Under the pieces are notes generated by a model. The model searched no databases, had not been told where the DNA came from, and was given only the letters and a program-made list of their open reading frames with translations. Positions 54,701 to 64,000 of a stretch of 64,000 nt of DNA are shown here, piece after piece. This DNA comes from Octopus sinensis (Eukaryota): assembly GCF_006345805.1 (NCBI RefSeq), contig NC_042997.1:99944001-100008000 (forward strand), given 5' to 3'. Position 1 is the stretch's first letter. Every line of letters begins with the position of its first letter. The translations under genes were made by a program, and so were the position numbers.

Positions 54701-56542
54701 TCATTTATAAGCAAGATAAGTATAACGCCGCCAATGGGGACATCGAAAAGCCGACTGTAAAAGTCCGTTTACCAACCGGTCTCTGGCGAACAATATGTGG
54801 AAAAGCTCAGAGACACAAAGATTGCACTTCCTTCTGCCCCTATCAAATGGGAGGGCCACCGACAAAATCGACCATTCCAGCCTGAAACCTGAGTTCGCGT
54901 TCTTCAAACCCCATATAAGCTTGCTAAGTCCCGTAGCTTGGTATTTATTCACGTCGCGAAAAGTTGCGAAATGGTTGGAAATTCGCAAGGCCAATTTTGA
55001 CGATGAGGCCCTGACATACGAGTAGACATCTGAGTCCGTGTAAACCTTACATTGGTAAATGGCATTTCTGATCTTGGAGTTATTCGACAAGAACCTTATT
55101 CTATTGGGATTAGCTTCTGAAATTAGAACTGCGTTACTGTTACTATATTGATTGCGAGAACTGCGGCCGCTTACTACTTTATATTCCTCAAATTCACTGT
55201 TAATTAACGGACTAACCCCTGAGTCTTCCCTATCACTGAGAGCGCTGTAATTGCTAATATCCGTGGGCCTACTATTGCCGGAAACGATGCTGGAGTTGCT
55301 ATTAGGACTCTCTACATTAATGACCCGAGCTGCGCTCACCTCACTATTGCCATTACTAACGTTAATGACATCACCATTTCTTCTATCGCTACATCTAGTA
55401 TTTAATCCCTGGTTGGTACTGAGATTATCAGTCACTGTACTGGCTCTCTTATCATTATTACTACTATTATTATTCCTACTGAGCGCTAAACTGGGAGCGG
55501 ACGGAGCTGCGCCTCCGGACAAAGGTGGTAGGGTCTTAATAAGCAGCCTATTATTATGGGAGGCGATTATCTGGGAAAGATTTTTTGTGTTGGAGAAAGC
55601 TATCCTAACTTTATGCGAATTGACCGTGGAGTAATATTTGGAATCTCTGGGGAAGTTACTGGCGATGGCTTGTCGAAACAGGAGGGGAAGGTTAGTTCTA
55701 ATCTGCTTACCAAAGGGAATTACAAACCATATATACTTATTCCTATTTATGTGATGGGTCGGGAAGCCAGCTCTAACATTAGGGTGGGTGATTATAGGAT
55801 GAATAACGGGTTTTGGTTTAGTGTGGACTCCCCCGGACCGATAATTATCTTTGTTCCCTAAATTAAATCCGGAAGTACCTGCTCTAACACTCCCCGCGCT
55901 CCCGTCGCTACTTAAATTATTTATGTTATTATAGACGGTCCTATCCTGATGACCGAATGGTGGCATCGGAAGGGCTGGATCAATATATACTACCTTCTGC
56001 CTATAACCGGCTTTGGATAGTGCGGCGTTATAAAATTCCGCTTTCTGCATAAAAATGTCGGCACTAGCGGACAAGTTAGACAATCTTAGAGAGATGTTTT
56101 TAACCAAATTGTCTGTTACGGTTTTGGCATGATTGGAGAAGATACTGACATACTTCAAATTAGTGGAAGGCTTATGGTAAGGGCAGTATGAATCGCTATG
56201 GAGGTTTAGTATAACGTCTAGGAAATTAGCCTTGGTGAGTTCATTATCAAAAACTATATTCATGCCCATTCTATTAAAGAACCTAGCTAACCTATTCTTA
56301 GTTTTCTGTACGATTCTGTTCGTGGTGTTTTGCAGGTAAAACAGACAATCGTCCCGATACAGGCCGCCCGCGATATCCGGGAATTGGTCGGACAATTCGT
56401 AGAGAATATAGATTCCGACCAAATCGGCTATCTGCGCACTATCCGAACTACCCATAGGCACATCGAATTCATTGGGAGTATCTTTACGAATCCACAACTT
56501 ATTTTCAAACCTTATAAATGATTTTCTGGCAACTAAAATAAT
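54701..56542 (-). CDS. PLE RT-GIY-YIG polyprotein, N-terminally truncated (left arm)
   Basis: Open frame from the palindrome centre: IILVARKSF..FDVPMGSSDSAQIADLVG, GLYRDDCL, NFLDVIL, IWFVIPF, AIYQCKV..YSYVR, LRISNH, KCNLCVSE. The annotated start is TTG, not ATG. Confidence 0.9.
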   Translation of the reverse strand: MILVARKSFIRFENKLWIRKDTPNEFDVPMGSSDSAQIADLVGIYILYELSDQFPDIAGGLYRDDCLFYLQNTTNRIVQKTKNRLARFFNRMGMNIVFDNELTKANFLDVILNLHSDSYCPYHKPSTNLKYVSIFSNHAKTVTDNLVKNISLRLSNLSASADIFMQKAEFYNAALSKAGYRQKVVYIDPALPMPPFGHQDRTVYNNINNLSSDGSAGSVRAGTSGFNLGNKDNYRSGGVHTKPKPVIHPIITHPNVRAGFPTHHINRNKYIWFVIPFGKQIRTNLPLLFRQAIASNFPRDSKYYSTVNSHKVRIAFSNTKNLSQIIASHNNRLLIKTLPPLSGGAAPSAPSLALSRNNNSSNNDKRASTVTDNLSTNQGLNTRCSDRRNGDVINVSNGNSEVSAARVINVESPNSNSSIVSGNSRPTDISNYSALSDREDSGVSPLINSEFEEYKVVSGRSSRNQYSNSNAVLISEANPNRIRFLSNNSKIRNAIYQCKVYTDSDVYSYVRASSSKLALRISNHFATFRDVNKYQATGLSKLIWGLKNANSGFRLEWSILSVALPFDRGRRKCNLCVSELFHILFARDRLVNGLLQSAFRCPHWRRYTYLAYK

Positions 56543-58384
56543 ATTATTTTAGTTGCCAGAAAATCATTTATAAGGTTTGAAAATAAGTTGTGGATTCGTA
56601 AAGATACTCCCAATGAATTCGATGTGCCTATGGGTAGTTCGGATAGTGCGCAGATAGCCGATTTGGTCGGAATCTATATTCTCTACGAATTGTCCGACCA
56701 ATTCCCGGATATCGCGGGCGGCCTGTATCGGGACGATTGTCTGTTTTACCTGCAAAACACCACGAACAGAATCGTACAGAAAACTAAGAATAGGTTAGCT
56801 AGGTTCTTTAATAGAATGGGCATGAATATAGTTTTTGATAATGAACTCACCAAGGCTAATTTCCTAGACGTTATACTAAACCTCCATAGCGATTCATACT
56901 GCCCTTACCATAAGCCTTCCACTAATTTGAAGTATGTCAGTATCTTCTCCAATCATGCCAAAACCGTAACAGACAATTTGGTTAAAAACATCTCTCTAAG
57001 ATTGTCTAACTTGTCCGCTAGTGCCGACATTTTTATGCAGAAAGCGGAATTTTATAACGCCGCACTATCCAAAGCCGGTTATAGGCAGAAGGTAGTATAT
57101 ATTGATCCAGCCCTTCCGATGCCACCATTCGGTCATCAGGATAGGACCGTCTATAATAACATAAATAATTTAAGTAGCGACGGGAGCGCGGGGAGTGTTA
57201 GAGCAGGTACTTCCGGATTTAATTTAGGGAACAAAGATAATTATCGGTCCGGGGGAGTCCACACTAAACCAAAACCCGTTATTCATCCTATAATCACCCA
57301 CCCTAATGTTAGAGCTGGCTTCCCGACCCATCACATAAATAGGAATAAGTATATATGGTTTGTAATTCCCTTTGGTAAGCAGATTAGAACTAACCTTCCC
57401 CTCCTGTTTCGACAAGCCATCGCCAGTAACTTCCCCAGAGATTCCAAATATTACTCCACGGTCAATTCGCATAAAGTTAGGATAGCTTTCTCCAACACAA
57501 AAAACCTTTCCCAGATAATCGCCTCCCATAATAATAGGCTGCTTATTAAGACCCTACCATCTTTGTCCGGAGGCGCAGCTCCGTCCGCTCCCAGTTTAAC
57601 GCTCAGTAGGAATAATAATAGTAGTAATAATGATAAGAGAGCCAGTACAGTGACTGATAATCTCAGTACCAACCAGGGATTAAATACTAGATGTAGCGAT
57701 AGAAGAAATGGTGATGTCATTAACGTTAGTAATGGCAATAGTGAGGTGAGCGCAGCTCGGGTCATTAATGTAGAGAGTCCTAATAGCAACTCCAGCATCG
57801 TTTCCGGCAATAGCAGGCCCACGGATACTAGCAATTACAGCGCTCTCAGTGATAGGGAAGACTCAGGGGTTAGTCCGTTAATTAACAGTGAATTTGAGGA
57901 ATATAAAGTAGTAAGCGGCCGCAGTTCTCGCAATCAATATAGTAACAGTAACGCAGTTCTAATTTCAGAAGCTAATCCCAATAGAATAAGGTTCTTGTCG
58001 AATAACTCCAAGATCAGAAATGCCATTTACCAATGTAAGGTTTACACGGACTCAGATGTCTACTCGTATGTCAGGGCCTCATCGTCAAAATTGGCCTTGC
58101 GAATTTCCAACCATTTCGCAACTTTTCGCGACGTGAATAAATACCAAGCTACGGGACTTAGCAAGCTTATATGGGGTTTGAAGAACGCGAACTCAGGTTT
58201 CAGGCTGGAATGGTCGATTTTGTCGGTGGCCCTCCCATTTGATAGGGGCAGAAGGAAGTGCAATCTTTGTGTCTCTGAGCTTTTCCACATATTGTTCGCC
58301 AGAGACCGGTTGGTAAACGGACTTTTACAGTCGGCTTTTCGATGTCCCCATTGGCGGCGTTATACTTATCTTGCTTATAAATGA
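56543..58384 (+). CDS. PLE RT-GIY-YIG polyprotein, N-terminally truncated (right arm)
   Basis: Mirror copy that differs from the left arm at 3 residues (P/S, A/T, I/T). Confidence 0.9.
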   Translation: MILVARKSFIRFENKLWIRKDTPNEFDVPMGSSDSAQIADLVGIYILYELSDQFPDIAGGLYRDDCLFYLQNTTNRIVQKTKNRLARFFNRMGMNIVFDNELTKANFLDVILNLHSDSYCPYHKPSTNLKYVSIFSNHAKTVTDNLVKNISLRLSNLSASADIFMQKAEFYNAALSKAGYRQKVVYIDPALPMPPFGHQDRTVYNNINNLSSDGSAGSVRAGTSGFNLGNKDNYRSGGVHTKPKPVIHPIITHPNVRAGFPTHHINRNKYIWFVIPFGKQIRTNLPLLFRQAIASNFPRDSKYYSTVNSHKVRIAFSNTKNLSQIIASHNNRLLIKTLPSLSGGAAPSAPSLTLSRNNNSSNNDKRASTVTDNLSTNQGLNTRCSDRRNGDVINVSNGNSEVSAARVINVESPNSNSSIVSGNSRPTDTSNYSALSDREDSGVSPLINSEFEEYKVVSGRSSRNQYSNSNAVLISEANPNRIRFLSNNSKIRNAIYQCKVYTDSDVYSYVRASSSKLALRISNHFATFRDVNKYQATGLSKLIWGLKNANSGFRLEWSILSVALPFDRGRRKCNLCVSELFHILFARDRLVNGLLQSAFRCPHWRRYTYLAYK

Positions 58385-58978
58385 TACCTAAGATAATTAG
58401 CACCAATAATCCTTGGAAATAATTTTTGAAAAAGCTTTTTAAGAAATATATGAATAACCCTTGCAAGGGGAAATTACTCCCATTAGGCGAATGGTGGTTT
58501 GTTTTGGAAGCAAACGCAGGAATTTTATATACCCTTAGGATTCTTTGACGACGTTAATTTTTTGACAAGCAGGCCTAGACGAACACACGAACACAAAAAA
58601 TATTTTCTGCCGCCTGACGAATTTTTCAGCAGTGACCATTATGTAGCGCCTTTTACCAACATACGGCTGCGCACACATAGGCCAGTACACACATACATGC
58701 TTCTAGGTAGTTTTTGTCTCGCCCCCAAAAAATACACCCAGTATTCTTAAAATATTCAGAATTTTAGTTTTGGTCACACAGAACACCTCCACACCCCTTG
58801 CTCTCACCTACTGGATTTGACCGCCGCCTGACCTGTAAATATCTTCAACGCACCCACCACCCGATTTCAACGTACATTGATAATCAGTTCAGCCATGGGC
58901 TCTTAAAGAGCCTCTTCGTTCAAATTGCTTTGCTGCGCCTCTGTTCTGTTTTGTTCTGCCAACGGAATTCCTATTTTT

Positions 58979-59051
58979 TTCCTGAAGAGAAAGCCACAAT
59001 ATGGTATCCTTATTTAACCAGAATTTGGAAAATTTTGAAACATGTGTAGAA
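58979..59051 (+). ncRNA. Hammerhead motif with a 7-nt deletion in stem II (right arm)
   Basis: The core CTGAAGA (58982-58988) and GAAA (59037-59040) are intact, but GTGGCTT is missing, leaving at most a weak 4-bp GAAA/TTTT stem II. Confidence 0.7.
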
Positions 59052-59252
59052 TGCAATAAAAGGAATTCTGTTCAATCTTCGTTCAACTCCATTTCTTCAA
59101 TTCACTAATAATATTAAAATTCAATTATCCGCACCAAAGCACGGTTGCAACACCAAATGGTTTTATCTCCAACCGTGCTTTCTTCTGCTGTGATTTTTGC
59201 TACCAAGGTATCGGTTAAACTTTTGAGTAATCTGCAACAAGATTATTCATCT

Positions 59253-59255
<3 letters not shown>

Positions 59256-59324
<69 letters not shown>
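59256..59324. repeat. (TA)n microsatellite closing the palindromic insertion region
   Basis: Directly visible; its counterpart (TA)n at 53938-53966 abuts the left arm. Confidence 0.95.
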
Positions 59325-59329
<5 letters not shown>

Positions 59330-60199
59330 AAGATAGATAAAAAAAATAACAGCTTGCATTTCTAGAATACTTAGCAACCAGCAAATAGCTGTCAAACAAG
59401 ATCACTGGGAGGAGCTGAAGAATGGCAGCACTAAAATTTAAGAAGCATTTCACTTTCAAGCAAGATTACATCTAAATTGATTCAATAAAAAATTACTAGA
59501 CCAATGTAGGTGCTTTGGTACTTTTAGTCACACTTAGTGACATTTGAATTTTTCCTTTATGGTATCACATTGTGTCTGTCTATTTAAATTTATATATATA
59601 TATATATATAATGGGGTTATATTTTCATCTCAAATTTTATTGGGGTGGTCTGGAGGAAGGGGTTACACTCATGTTTTTCAGACTAATGAGAATGATAATT
59701 AACCTTCCTCTTCAACAGTTTCAAATGAATAGCTTCAAGAAAAAAAGAAATATAAATTCCAGAGAATTGACTTTATGGGAAAGAAGGGCTGGATCTAGTA
59801 GAGAAAGATTTAATTACAATATGAGTGGTAAGAGGAGGAGAGACAAGTGAACCAAGTGTGCTTTGGTGGAGGCGGTATGATACCAGCCACCTCCTAGAAT
59901 TAGTGGTCACTGGAATAGTAAGTATGTAAAATCCCAAGCTGGTGACCAGAAAGAGAGGTTGTCCTCTGCTGTGGGTGCCACTGGATGACAGACTCTGGAC
60001 CTTAGCATGCTTAAGGTCAAGATGCTGCAACTTCAGGTCTCTGTTAATTTGTTTCTTCTGTGTCTTTTTTAGTGTGCTGCACTGGATTCTCTAGTACATG
60101 GATCGCTACCACCACAAAGAGTGGTGTTGTAGCGTCAGGAAAGCTAATAGTCTGTTTGTGCAGTCACTGAATGAGCACCTTCAGTACTGAAGAGATTTC

Positions 60200-60430
60200 T
60201 ATGAAGAGCCACAACTCACTCCTGGGACTGCCACAACCCTCCTGATACTCTGATGACCAATACTGAGCCTGCATCAAAGGAAGTGAAAGAAGCTGTGCAC
60301 TTGTTGCTGGCTTGGGCCAGGAGGCATAGTGCTGCTTGAACAACTTGTGCTCATCCAATTCATATGATGTTCAGAACAGCATACCTTCGAGATGGAAGAA
60401 GGCCATCATCATTCCCATTCATAAGAAAGG
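60200..60430 (+). mobile_element. LINE RT N-terminal fragment
   Basis: IPSRWKKAIIIPIHKKG, followed by (GTA)n(GTG)n. Confidence 0.55.
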
Positions 60431-60435
60431 CACTA

Positions 60436-60475
<40 letters not shown>

Positions 60476-60989
60476 GGTGGTGGTGGTGGTGGTGGTAGGA
60501 GGAGGAGAGAGGAATGTGTTGATGAGAAACCTCCATCTAATAAGTTTGGTGGCCTTATTTTTTTTAATGCAGCCTAGGATGTTAGTGTGTTTAGTAGCAG
60601 TACCATTTAAGAAGTGGGAGCAGTATTTCATTGTAGTTCACCTGGGTTTTATATTTTATATTTTGAAAATTATTTCGTTTAACCCTTTAGTATTCATATT
60701 AGTCAAATGTAATACTTATTTATTGTTTTGAATTATTCAAGCATTTATCTTGTAGCCTCATGATTTTAATTGTGTGATTGCTTATTTTTAGAATGGCATT
60801 ATAGGGTAGATAGCGGAGGCCAGATCCAGCCAGTTTCAACATAAAACAGGTAGAATTATTTGGCCAGATATGGCTGGTTTAAATGCTAAAGGGTTAAGGC
60901 GCATAAATTTTTCCTTTCATTTGACATATCACACAAATATGCCACATTTTTATAGAACTCCTTTTTAAACAAGTCACAGCCTGTACATT

Positions 60990-61390
60990 CGTTAAAAGTT
61001 TAATTATTTTCTCAAGGGATAAAATTTTTAATAATTCCTGTCCTTAAGGTAGCCAGTATACTTTTGAATGGCATGGCAAATTCTATGCTGAACATGTCTT
61101 CATTCACAAAAAGCATGTTACAAAATTAATGGTGATATGTTGTTTGCTTGGATAAGTTTAATAATGTATATTATCTTTTCAACTGTATCACTCAAAAAGA
61201 GATTTAGTGCAAAGGTTTCAATGATGTTAATTGCAAAGAGAAGAAAATAAAGCAACTGAATCAGACATTTTTTTTCTTTTATTAGAACAATAAATCCTTT
61301 CCATCATAGAAGGTGCACCATCTGTACATGCACTCACTATAACATCAAAATTCATCCCAAATTCATAGAATATAGCTACAACCCTGTGAT
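60990..61390 (-). pseudogene. hAT (Buster/Charlie/SPIN-like) transposase fragment
   Basis: IVSACTDGAPSMM motif followed by decayed NLCTKSL..VEKIIYIIKLI..LPCHSKVYWL. Confidence 0.65.
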
Positions 61391-62215
61391 GGCATAAGTA
61401 AATTATAAGTTTTTTTCTTTTTTGCATCATTTTTAATGTCCATTTTTCCATGCTCGGATGGAATTTGTTTAAGTTTCTATGACTTGATATTTTCCGGTTT
61501 CCAAGGTAATATTTTCTCATGGTTAAGGGTGGCAAGCTGGTAGAATCAGAGGAAGTTAGTATGTGGGGCAAAATGATTAGTGACATTGCATACACCTTTA
61601 CATTATGAATTCAAATTCCAATGAGATCAACTTTACCTTTCATCCTTTCAGGAACAATAAGTAGCAGTCGACCACTGGGGTTGATATAATCAACTTCCCC
61701 ACCCCCACACCCCACCCCAGAAATTGCTAGCCTTTGTACCAAAATTTGAAACCAATATTTTCTCAAGACTGGAAACAGACAATACTGAATGACAATGATA
61801 TTAACCTCTATCATATAATGTCAAGACAAGGAGACATCAACTCACCAAGAGACTCAACCCAGAACTCTGTGGTTGGAAAGTAAGCTTCTTAACCACACAG
61901 CCACACCTGCACCTACAATACTAGCAATAATTCAATAATAATATAGTAAGACAACACCATTAGGAGAGGTTAGGAAGGTAGAGGAAGATGAAATGCTGTA
62001 ACTGAATAAATTTACCTCCCTAATCTCTCCTGCTAATGGCATTACTGTGATGTGCTAGTATACTATACCATAAATCATTAATATCAGTTGACTGCTCCAA
62101 TGCTATTAAGTACGTTGTTTCTTCTTTAATTATTATATGGTGTTGTTCTGCAATGTCAAGGCTAAATAATTTATCCCTGTATGGCTTTCCCTTTTTTCCT
62201 CAAATATGTATTAAC

Positions 62216-63328
62216 GCACCCATGCTAGTGCTGTGTAAACACACCAATGCCAGTGTCATGTAAAATGCACCCAGCACACACTGTTAAATGGTTGGCATTA
62301 GAAAGAGCATCCAACCATAGAAATCATGCCACAACAGACATCATGAGTCTGGACAGCTCCCTGTCAAACCATCCAACCTATGCCAGCATGGAAAGCAGAT
62401 GTTAAACGATGATGGTGATGATATGTGCTACTTACATATTGCTTCATATCTGTCTGTCCAAAGCGTTTTTATAAGTTTGTCCTAAATGCCCATGCTTGTT
62501 TGCAGATTTTTAGTCAGTTCTTGTTTCATAAATTCTGAGTAATATAAAGCTTTCTTTTCATAAGTCCCAAGTTGCTCTGGTGATTGAAATAAATTGGGAA
62601 TGTATATCATATATGGTGGCACGTAAAAAGCACCATCCGAACATGACCGATGCCAGCGCTGCCTTGACTGGCTTCCGTGCCGGTGGCACATAAAAAGCAT
62701 CAACTGATTGTGGCCGTTTGCCAGCCTCCTCTGGCCCCTGTGCCGGTGGCATGTAAAAAGCACCCACTACACTCATGAAATGGTTGGCATTAGGAAGGGC
62801 ATCCAGCTGTAGAAACACTGCCAGATCAGACTGGAGCCTGGTGCAGCCTTCTGGCTTCCCAGAACCCGGTCGAACCGTCCAACCCATGCTAGCATGGAAA
62901 ACGGACGTTAAACGATGATGATGATGATGCACCCGTGCTGGTGCTGTGTAAACACACCAATGCTGATATCATATAAAAAGTACCCAGCACACACTGTTAA
63001 ATGGTTGACATTAGGAAGAGCATCCAGCCATAGAAATCATGCCACAACAGACATCATGAGTCTGGACAGCTCCCTGTCAAACCATCCAACCTATGCCAGC
63101 ATGGAAAGCAGATGTTAAACAATGATGATGATATGTGCTACTTATTTATTGCTTCATATCTTTCACCCTCAGTCTGTACAAAGCATTTTTATAAGTTTGT
63201 CCTAAATGCCCATGCTTGTTTTCAGACTTTTAGTTCTTGTTTCATATGTTCTGAGTAATATAAAGCTTTCTTTTCATAAGTCTCAAGTTGCTCAGGTGAT
63301 CAAAATAAACTGGGAATGTATATCATAT
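62216..63328 (+). repeat. ~400-bp direct duplication (62216-62612 / 62929-63328) flanking a family C repeat
   Basis: Both copies contain a SINE tail plus non-SINE sequence (ATGTGCTACTTA..GGGAATGTATATCATAT); a partial third copy lies at 34600-34758. Confidence 0.85.
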
Positions 63329-63433
63329 CTGATGCATGGATGCCTGGAAAATACGCTCTGTGTATCCCAGATGATACACAGGACAGACAAAGGGTTAAGA
63401 CTGCTTGAAACAATTGTATTTGCTTTAACTTAC

Positions 63434-63523
63434 TATCTTCCAACTTCTGCAATGCAATTGTTCATACCATGCCTGAAGTGTTTGTGTGCCTTGTGAGTAG
63501 TGTAAAGCTGCATGACATTGATA
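63434..63523 (-). CDS. Probable 90-nt internal exon of an unidentified host gene
   Basis: Acceptor TTTTGTTTGCTCAG, donor GTAAGT, not T-rich; open as INVMQLYTTHKAHKHFRHGMNNCIAEVGR (phase 2-2) or YQCHAALHYSQGTQTLQAWYEQLHCRSWKI (phase 0-0). Confidence 0.5.
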
Positions 63524-64000
63524 CTGAGCAAACAAAACATTTTTCTTTAAAAGGGGCAAGATTAAATAACAATTCATCAATCATTATTAGAAATCCTGTT
63601 TTCTTTTAGTACTGACTTTATTTTATTTTCCAAACATTTTATACATATAGAAAAAATACTGTATTTACTCAGGTAAAAGGTAATTTTTTTAGACCATTTT
63701 TTAAGGTCAAATTTATGGGGTCAACTATTACATGGATACTACTTGTGAGGGGCTGAAATTCAAGCCAGAATCCATAGTACCATATCAGAAGCTCAACTGA
63801 TCTCTAAGTGAATAAAAACAAAAAACACAATGAATTACGGTAATATTACCAATTCTATGCATCAAAATACACGTCCTAGTAAATAACAAAACCCATAAAA
63901 ACCATGTAGCTTTTGTTGTTCGCCAATAGTGCTGTCTGTGAGACACATTTCTCACCATGTAAACAGACGAGTGTATGACGCATGTATTTATTGTATTTGG

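Larger units (their letters stand above)
53964..59114. mobile_element. Spacerless head-to-head palindrome of a Penelope-like retroelement (arms 53964-56542 and 56543-59114)
   Basis: Mirror coordinates sum to 113085; centre AACTAAAATAAT|ATTATTTTAGTT; 8 transitions plus one 7-nt indel between the arms. Confidence 0.97.

Noticed and set aside
58382-58396. Selenocysteine read-through of the PLE terminal TGA
   Set aside because: The TGA lies after the conserved domain and read-through adds only YLR before TAA; the CxxC cysteines are encoded by TGC/TGT.
54619-58750. Short antisense or overlapping ORFs inside the palindrome (63-127 aa)
   Set aside because: They are shadow frames of the PLE ORF and UTR with no recognisable motifs.
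53964-59114. Palindrome as a pure sequencing or assembly fold-back artefact
   Set aside because: The arms differ by 8 transitions and a 7-nt indel, no adapter-like spacer is present, and mirroring stops near the element's 3' end rather than continuing into the flanks. Not fully excluded without reads.

Overview
This is eukaryotic, AT-rich, repeat-dominated DNA. The SINE families, RTE LINEs, Helitrons, maT transposase relic and dense microsatellites suggest an octopus or other coleoid cephalopod (inference). There is no prokaryotic content, CRISPR array, rRNA or intact tRNA, and nearly all ORFs in the supplied track are microsatellite or TE shadows. The outstanding structure is a 5.15-kb palindrome (53964-59114) with no spacer, centred between 56542 and 56543. 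It consists of two head-to-head copies of a young Penelope-like retroelement (PLE; YRDD-type RT plus C-terminal GIY-YIG), truncated at the identical nucleotide inside the RT and embedded between (TA)n tracts. By eye the arms differ by 8 transitions and one 7-nt indel, all in the outer ~1.6 kb. The indel removes most of stem II of a hammerhead ribozyme motif that is complete in the left arm. Smaller fold-back repeats (7910-8017, 15110-15302, 40385-40692) and further hammerhead-like motifs suggest fold-back formation recurs in PLE-type insertions here. A CpG-retaining zone (~43.9-47.5 kb) contains a candidate promoter and first exon. At least one credible minus-strand host exon (63434-63523) suggests most of the window is intronic, but the host gene could not be identified.
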